This document shows positions 56,175-64,000 of a DNA stretch of 64,000 bases, piece by piece. Within the stretch, counting starts at the first letter, position 1. Each line of letters starts with the position of its first letter. A program made the position numbers and the translations under genes. The stretch lies in assembly GCF_009914755.1 (NCBI RefSeq), contig NC_060927.1, one strand, 5' to 3'. Under the pieces are notes generated by a model, which was not told the origin of the DNA, did not search any database, and was given only the letters and a program-made list of their open reading frames with translations. The DNA comes from the human T2T-CHM13v2.0 reference genome, Homo sapiens.

Positions 56175-56280
56175 CCAACAGAAAATGAGGAAAAGACTAA
56201 GTTGCCCAAATCACACAACTAGTTAATAGCAAAAGCAAGTCTTCTGACTTTAATCTAGAACTCTTTATGTATTATCACCA
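56175..56280 (-). mobile_element. MIR fragment
   Basis: aaatgaggaaa..ttgcccaaatcacacaactagttaatagcaaagc. Confidence 0.6.
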
Positions 56281-56640
56281 TAGCCCAAAACTGTGTAAGA
56301 TAGAACACTGTGAAAAATACCACACATTATCAAACTATATCCCCAGTAAGAATTCAGGTCCTTGGGGGTCCAGGTTAAAGAGCTTCTCAGATCAGTCCTG
56401 TCCAGCTAGTCTGTATTTACCACCATGACTGACTCACTATATATTGGAGAAGGAGGTGAGACATATCTCTATTTCCATAAATAAGAAATATGGATTTTCC
56501 TTGTAAAGTTATACATATGTAAAATATAGACATTTGTCAATACCCTTTTTGGTTTCATACATGTATAAAAGTAATCCATTGCTGAAATCAGTACAGATGA
56601 GGATCTGATCTCTATATAAGAAATCCAAGGGACAATTTTT

Positions 56641-57313
56641 TTGTTTTGTTTTGTTTTGTTTTTATTATTATTATACTTTTAAGTTTTAGGATACATGTGC
56701 ACAATGTGCAGGTTTGTTACATATGTATACATGTGCCATGTTGGTGTGCTGCACCCAGTAACTCGTCATTTAGCATTAGGTATATCTCCCAATGCTATCC
56801 CTCCCCCCTCCCCCCACCCCACAACAGTCCCCTGTGTGTGATGTTCCCCTTCCTGTGTCCATGTGTTCTCATTGTTCAATTCCCACCTATGAGTGAGAAC
56901 ATGCGGTGTTTGGTTTTTTGTCCTTGTGATAGTTTGCTGAGAATGATGGTTTCCAGCTTCATCCATGTCCCTACAAAGGACATGAACTCATCATTTTTTA
57001 TGGCTGCATAGTATTCCATGGTGTATATGTGCCACATTTTCTTAATCCAGTCTATCATTGTTGGACATTTGGGTTGGTTCCAAGTCTTTGCTATTGTGAA
57101 TAGTGCCGCAATAAACATACATGTGCATGTGTCTTTATAGCAGCATGATTTATAATCCTTTGGGTATATACCCAGTAATGGGATGGCTGGGTCGAATGGT
57201 ATTTCTAGTTCTAGATCCCTGAGGAATCGCCACACTGACTTCCACAATGGTTGAACTAGTTTACAGTCCCACCAACAGTGTAAAAGTGTTCCTATTTCTC
57301 CACATCCTCTCCA
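56641..57313 (-). mobile_element. Young L1PA (L1PA3-like), 5'-truncated, with 17-bp TSD
   Basis: open ORF2 C-terminus (HCWWDCKLVQPLWKSVWRFLRDLELEIPFDPAIPLLGIYP...IGGN); TSD tccaagggacaattttt at 56624-56640 and 57310-57326. Confidence 0.96.
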
Positions 57314-58105
57314 AGGGACAATTTTTAAATGAAAATCACCCACAATTCAAACCAGCAGTCTTTGCAGTTGGTGTATTTACAGGGCCACTCTCCTCACTTC
57401 CTACAAAAAAAAAAAAAAAGTTCAAGAACTTATTTCCAGATTGCTTATTTTAAGTTAGCTGAATTTGAACAAAGGTTAATCAGTCTCAATTGTTTAAAAC
57501 TGGGCTGCGGATTTTGTTTTCCCTTCAATGAAAATGCCTCATGGCTGTTGATGTAAGAATACAGAAATGTCACCAGGCTTTTCCCTTTGCTTCTGAGAAG
57601 AAACAAGACACTTGAGAAAATTTTTGGCTAATTAACTTATAGAACATTATTTAAGCCTAAGATTGTAAATATGAAGAATCCTTCCAATATGCCATTGTTT
57701 TTCTCAAATTATTTTATAGCCATGGAATGCCATGTAAAAAGCTGCTAAGTTAGAACACTGTGAAACGCTGCCAAGAAGAGGTATAACAGCTTCATGAACT
57801 CAAGCTATGTGTTGTGACTCATGGGAAGCAGATAAGGTCATTCAGAGTCAATAGTGTGAACCCCCTTGGAGGTTAATAGTCTACAGGTTAAGTAGAGGGT
57901 TCATGAGAGGTTTTACTTTAACGTTTAATATCAACCCAGTACATTGTCTTCAATTCAGTTATTGCATACCTATATCACCCTGAAACTTAGAACACTCTGC
58001 TACGCTATTGGAATGTTTTCCTATTTCTATAATGTAAATATAGACTCTAGATTTGAATTAACTTGGTGCTTCAACTTCCTAGTTTAATTCTACTAATTTG
58101 AGATT

Positions 58106-58378
58106 TTTTTTTTTTTTTTTTTTGAGATGGAGTCTAGTGATCTCTGCTCACTGCAAGCTCCGCCCCCCGGGTTCACGCCATTCTCCTGCCTCAGCCTCCA
58201 GAGTAGCTGGGACTACAGGCGCCCGCCACCACGCTCGGCCAACTTTTTTTGTATTTTTTTACTAGAGATGGGGTTTCACCATGTTAGCCAGGATGGTCTC
58301 GATCTCCTGACCTCGTGATCTGTCCGCCTTGGCCTCCCGAAGTGCTGGGATTACGGGCGTGAGCCACGGCGTCCGGCC
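58106..58378 (-). mobile_element. AluY with internal deletion near 3' end
   Basis: gcaagctccgcc, gttcacgccattc, ttagccaggatggtctcgatctcc; CpG-rich; TSD taatttgagatt. Confidence 0.95.
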
Positions 58379-58659
58379 TAATTTGAGATTCTATAGTGCA
58401 GTCCACACACACATTTTTTTATATCTCACAAGAACAAACATAACAAACCTTTGAGATATGAATGTATAGATTTTGATTAGCTGTGATGTTTAATATATTG
58501 CAATTAATTAAGAAGAAATTTAACATTTTTTCTTATGGTCACAAAGGGCTATATAAGAAGGACCATGTGTCTACATGTGTATTAGCATACTCTCAGAACG
58601 TGCACAGACGCTTCAAGATAGCCATGTCTCTCTTCTCACAGGAAACATTCTCCACTCTA

Positions 58660-58860
58660 ACATTTTGGCCACTTCTCTGTGTCTGGGCAAGGCACTGTGC
58701 TAAGCAGTAAAGATGGAATAAGGAAGATAGGAAGTCTATTCTTCTGGCACCCATTTAGGCTAGACAGTGAAATCAACAGCATGATATAATGTAATAGAAT
58801 ATGTAGTATACAAAGGAATTGATCCCAGAAGGAAGGTGTGAAAGGGGGTAAAGGAGACAC
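58660..58860 (-). mobile_element. L2 3' fragment
   Basis: gcaaggcactgtgctaagc...agatggaataag. Confidence 0.5.
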
Positions 58861-59164
58861 CAGTGGTAGTTGGGTGGGGGTTGTTTACAAACTTTTGTAT
58901 GAGGCTGTAGATTCAAGATGTGTAACATCCCTTACAAGACTATCTATTTAAAGAACATAGGCCAAAGTAACAAAGAGTGTAACCATAGTTGGGGGAAGGC
59001 ACAAGGGAAGAGACAGATGCTGTCATTCCAGCCTATACAAATACACACCATATTTTCTCATTTTTCTAAAAAAAAAAACTTAAGTCATAGAAACATAATT
59101 GTGTCTTCAGAATCTACTTATATTGTGAATCAGTAGCCACATTCTTTCTATTGCAATGGCATGA

Positions 59165-59216
59165 AAAATAAGTTATTGGTAAAATAAGTTATAAATAAGT
59201 TATAAAAATAAGTTAT
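59165..59216. repeat. Short tandem repeat (AAATAAGTTAT) x4
   Basis: direct reading. Confidence 0.85.
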
Positions 59217-60907
59217 ACTACCATTTGTCCAAGAAATATGGGTCTCTTCTACCCCAACCCCACCAACCACTTGAGACACACTACACATGTGCCTTAACTG
59301 TACTCATGGCCAGGCTAAGAATTTAAGTCCCTGGACTTTGCTAGCATAACAGCCAAGCAACTTTTGGATCAAGGGAAGAAAGGGACACAGGATGGTAAGA
59401 ACTTCTTTCCAAGGATGTCAACCAAGGAGCTGAGGTTAGAAACGACATGAGCTTCAGGCAGTACTTCCTGTCTCCTAAATAGTACTTAATCTAGTGGGGA
59501 ATTAATGTGTTTTAGGATACCTTGTTCTTTGAGAATAATGGATACTAGCACTAAAGCTCCCTTTCTCACTCATTCTTCCAATGGAAAATTAATCTTTTAT
59601 ATTTAAAGATTCTTTAATATGTCATGACAATGATCAAGTTTTATTTTTAAGTATTTTTCTAGAAGTTATTTTTAAGTGATACTTACTATCTCATTATTGA
59701 AGTTCTTTTCCACAATTTATTCATAACCTTGTGCTGATCAAATGCTATGTGGTAGAAATGTGCTGGCTTGGAGGGCAGATAGCAAAGCATAGAAATTGAG
59801 AAAGAGATTGGTGTAGGAATTTTTAGAGGTTCAGTAATGCAAAGGATCAATCAAGGTAGGATACATTTTATGGGGGAAAATGGTGCTGTATTTAGTTGAG
59901 GATATGAAGCATGAACTTGAATAAGAAACTACTGAGGCAAAGTCCAGCAGTGAGAAGAGAAATATCCAGGGAATTAACTAGTAGTTAGGGAACAGAAGTG
60001 AGGCCATGTTATTTTCCTGTGTGTTTAACGTTCATTCTGTAAGGTTACAGTAAGGGCTGAGTAAGATACACCGCATTTCATATGCACGCACATAGAGCCT
60101 GGCACAAAGCAGATGCTCCATAAATATTAGTTGAACCTGAGTCTGATGAGCAGCAAGCAGTAGAAAAGACATAGTGGGAAGATGAGAGTACAGTTGTTAT
60201 TTAAGTACTAGCTGCATTGCAGAGTTCCAGATAAATGGAAAAATCTAAGGGGTAACTAGAATAAATTAACTTTGTTTTTATGGCACACACACACTAAAAA
60301 CCTTTTTGTATGTATTCTCATTTTAAAACACTCTGGTTTTCCAAGGTATTTATGTCTGAATTTCCCTGTTAATAATATTGAACAAATAGAGCAAAACTTT
60401 TTTAAAAACAAAAGGCAAATTGAACAAAACATTTTAAAAGTAAAAGCCCATATAATGTAGCAACATAATCCCATAACCAACATATGAAAATCAGTCTTAC
60501 CAGTGCTAAAATCTGAATCAAGAGAACTTTAGACAAAATTGTCTCTATCATTAATTAGCTGTGTTACCTTAAATATACTACTTAAGCAAGACCCCAGGTT
60601 TAGCATATATAGAGCTAGTGCATGGTATTTCTAGTTATACTTCGAGATTACTTTTAAAAAATGGTTCAATATAATAGGTTTACAAATGTTTATTTGTTCC
60701 ATCATGGTTTATATTTACAGGAAGCAACTTGGTTCAAAAGAAATAGTGCAAAATTCTGAAATGGAATAGACTTCAGCCTTCTTAGCCCCAGAATAAGCAG
60801 TCTCCTTGAGTCTAATCACTTTTGCATATGAACTTGCATATTAGTCAGTACCTATTTTACAAGGTTGTCATAAAATTTAAAATGAGTGTACTTAAAAATA
60901 CATCACA

Positions 60908-61718
60908 CCAGGAACTCATTCATTGCTGGCAGGAATATAAACTGGTACAGCCACTTTGGAAGACAGTTTGGCACTTTCTTTACAAAACTCAACCAACTCT
61001 TACCATACAATCCAGCAATCACACTCCTTGGTATTTACCCAAATAAACTGAAAACGTATGCCCACACAAAAACGTGCATATCAATGTTTATAGCAACTTC
61101 ATTCACAATTTCCAAAATTTGCAAGCAACCAAGATGTCTTTCAGTAGGTAAGTGGATAAACAAACCATGGTATATCTAAACAATGCAATATTATTCAGCA
61201 CTAGAAAGAAATAGCTATCATGCCACTAAAAAAAAATAGAGCAACCTTAAATGCCTATTACTAAGTAAAAGAAATCAAATTGAAAAGGCTGCATACTATA
61301 TGACTTCAACTCCATGACATTCTGAAAAAGACAAATCTATGGAGACAGTAAAAAGATCAGTGGTTGCCAGAAGTCGTGGGGAGGAAGACAGGAATAGGCG
61401 GAGCACAGTAAGGCAACATAACATTCTGTATGATACTACAATGGCAGATATATGTCATTATACATTTGTCAAAGCCTGTAGTATATACAACACCAAGAAT
61501 AAACCCTAATATAAACTATGGATTTTGGATGATAATGATGTGTCCATGTAGGTTCATCCACTGTCACAAATGTGCCACTCTGGTGCAAGATGTTGATAGT
61601 GGAGAGGCTGTGTGGGGGTGGGGGTAGGGGGGGAATCTCTGTACTCTGTACCTTCTGCTCAATTTTGCTGTGAAGCTAAAACGTCTTTAAAGAATAAAGT
61701 CTATTTTTTTAAAAAAAT
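60908..61718 (+). mobile_element. L1MC 3' end
   Basis: ggtacagccactttggaagacagtttggc...acaccaagaataaaccctaatataaactatgga...gccactctggtgcaagatgttgatagtgg...caattttgctgtgaagctaaaac. Confidence 0.9.
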
Positions 61719-63737
61719 CACACAAAGGAGTCTTTAAGCATTCTAGCTCAAGCTCTTTTCAGAGGTGAACATAAAAACTTACAAAAATTGCGTCCAACAA
61801 AATAATTATGTTGATTGCAAAAGGATATGTTTCTATCCGCTTTGATTCACTTATAATGAGTGAGAGATGGAGAGGAAAAGAAAAACTGGATTCGTACAAC
61901 TAAGAACTAAAATATTTTTATTTTAACATTAACCAAGTCTTTGTAATTATCAGACAAGTCATCTAATAAAAAAAAATTACATGGCATTTAGAGTAGGAAG
62001 AGACAGAATAAGCAGCTTTATCCTTGATTAAGCTCTTTATTTTGTCAAATAACCACAAACATCCTTTAAATAACCATGACAAGATCCACCCCACTCTAGC
62101 AGCTGCTCTTGGAACTGTGCAGCTGTGCTATAATCTGGGTTATTGGAAATTCTCAAAACTGTCATCTTATAGCCTATGAAAAGTAAACCAAGGAGTTGGA
62201 GAAATTCCACTGATTTCCAGCATAAGCAAAAAGTACCTTGTATTTGCACATGGTGAATCATGTACATGTTTCTTTTTCAGAAAAAAAAATCTCTCCAGTA
62301 TTGTTTTGAAATTTTAAAAGGTCTCAGCTATGAGTCTGCAGAACTTTCTGGTGTCATTAAGGAAGCAGGTTACAGGCCAGCATATCTTCAAATAGCTACA
62401 CAGGTGTTAGAACTGCATGGTCTTATAAAGAAGACAAGTGTGATTATGGAATCCTGCACACCGCATAGTCATATCTTTCAAGTCCCAGACCTTAGCCAAG
62501 AGCAGGTACAACCACTCTGTGGCCATTAGCATGTAACCAGATTACCCTCCAATCAGACAAGTCACTCCAGCACAAGTCAGAAAATATGAAGGAGCAGAAA
62601 TACAAATGTTCAAAACTCAGCCTCAAAAGGAGATGTGAAAAATTGCTAAACACTTACATTTTAAAAAACAGATGTCTTGTCTCTAATCGTTTGAAGCCAA
62701 TCAAGTCTCTACGTGCATCTACTCAAGTAAAGAACAATGAGGCACCTACGACATTTTTGGATAGCCGTCATATGAGTCCTCTCTAATTTCTTCCTTTCCC
62801 TCCTCAAGAACCAAAATAGGTATATATTATCTTTTTTAAAAAACAAAAAGCAATCACTAGGACCTGTTTTATGAAAGCTTGTCCAAGAAAATTGAGTAAC
62901 TTTCTCAGTATCATTGTTTATTTCCCAGCTAGGACTAAAGAGGTAATGGGACTAGTTGAAGGTACAGTAGGTTCCCTCTTGTAGGATAGATATACTCAGG
63001 ACCAGTGGATGGCTGTTTAAAGTAAAAGTTGGTCAATATGGACTATTATAAATTGGTTAGTACTTTAAACATTTTAACGAAAACATATAAATATACATCC
63101 ATTCACCAATCTTCAGATATAGGGCAAATTATCACAATATCGCATTCAAATTTCCAATTAGTTTCAGAGCAGGAACGAACACAAAGTCCCTCATCAAGCA
63201 TGTCAAGTGTGCTTTCTAGACTGGTACGATCCCTCCTTCTAATCTCAATTGTCTCATTTACATCTACTTAGACAGCAAGCCCAGTGCCCTGTCCTTACCA
63301 ACACTCCCCAAGCCTTCACCTTAGTTTTCATAGAAATAACTCTCATTCAGACATTTCATTGACTTATATAGTGTCTAATTATATTATATAATTATAATAA
63401 GCATATATTAGATTTACAATAAAAAATAGCTGCAGTAAACAGATTTTTGAAATAAATAATTTAACTAGTGGTAGCAGAAGCACATGGATGTGCTAGAAAG
63501 TAGCCTACAGTTGTGGGAACTACAGGTTTAGTGGCTGTATTAGAAACAGGCTTTAAGAGGGAAAGGAAAACTCCAGCAAATCCAGAAAGTTGATAATTGA
63601 AGATCAGCTAGGAGTGTTTCTATCAAACTAGTTGCGGCACTGGATTGTGCCCATGAGAGAAATAGGCCTAATGAATTCCTTTCCCAAACATAGTTGCAAA
63701 ACACATCACCTGGGTATTTCCAAAATCATCCCATTTC

Positions 63738-63761
63738 AGTGTGTGTGTGTGTGTGTGTGTG
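63738..63761. repeat. (GT)n microsatellite
   Basis: direct reading. Confidence 0.95.
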
Positions 63762-64000
63762 GTGGAAGTGCTCAGAGATGTTTTTAAGCCTTTTAAATTT
63801 TTTATAATTTAAAAAAATGTATGTGAATATATTTTATGTCATCTAGAAAGCCACCTCAAAACTGAATACCGCCTCCCCGAGTGTTACTATTATATCACAG
63901 AATTTAACTTTGTACGTGTTGGTAAGCATGACTGTTATTAGGTCAGTACCATGTAATACCAAACTAATTGTTCTGCACTGTATTTGTATGAATTTATGTT

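Noticed and set aside
62260-62529. 89-aa ORF with plausible composition
   Set aside because: No recognisable homology or convincing splice pair; cannot be supported without a search.
63103-63268. ~55-codon stop-free minus-strand frame (VDVNETIEIRRRDRTSLESTLDMLDEG...)
   Set aside because: Bounded by stops, no polypyrimidine acceptor, length compatible with chance.

Overview
This is primate (human-like) non-coding genomic DNA: AT-rich, CpG-depleted and dominated by interspersed repeats. These include Alus, LINE-1 copies of many ages (among them a ~6.2 kb L1PB-type element and a rearranged ~5.4 kb one), L2, MIR, MaLR/ERVL LTRs with a HERV-L internal remnant, and DNA transposon fossils (near full-length HSMAR2, MER58A, MER2, MER3, MER5, Tigger4, a probable Tc2/Kanga fragment). 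I found no supportable protein-coding exon or RNA gene. The listed ORFs are retroelement remnants or chance ORFs, and I see no evidence of a new multi-gene system. The most unusual structures are a near-perfect ~187-bp-arm inverted duplication with templated-looking AT filler (47.2-47.7 kb), several other apparent local templated insertions (inside HSMAR2 and at 28-31 kb), an L1 inversion interrupted by a second L1, and a strong CTCF motif near 50.43 kb. Family and subfamily calls come from remembered consensus features, not from a search, and boundaries of old repeats are approximate.
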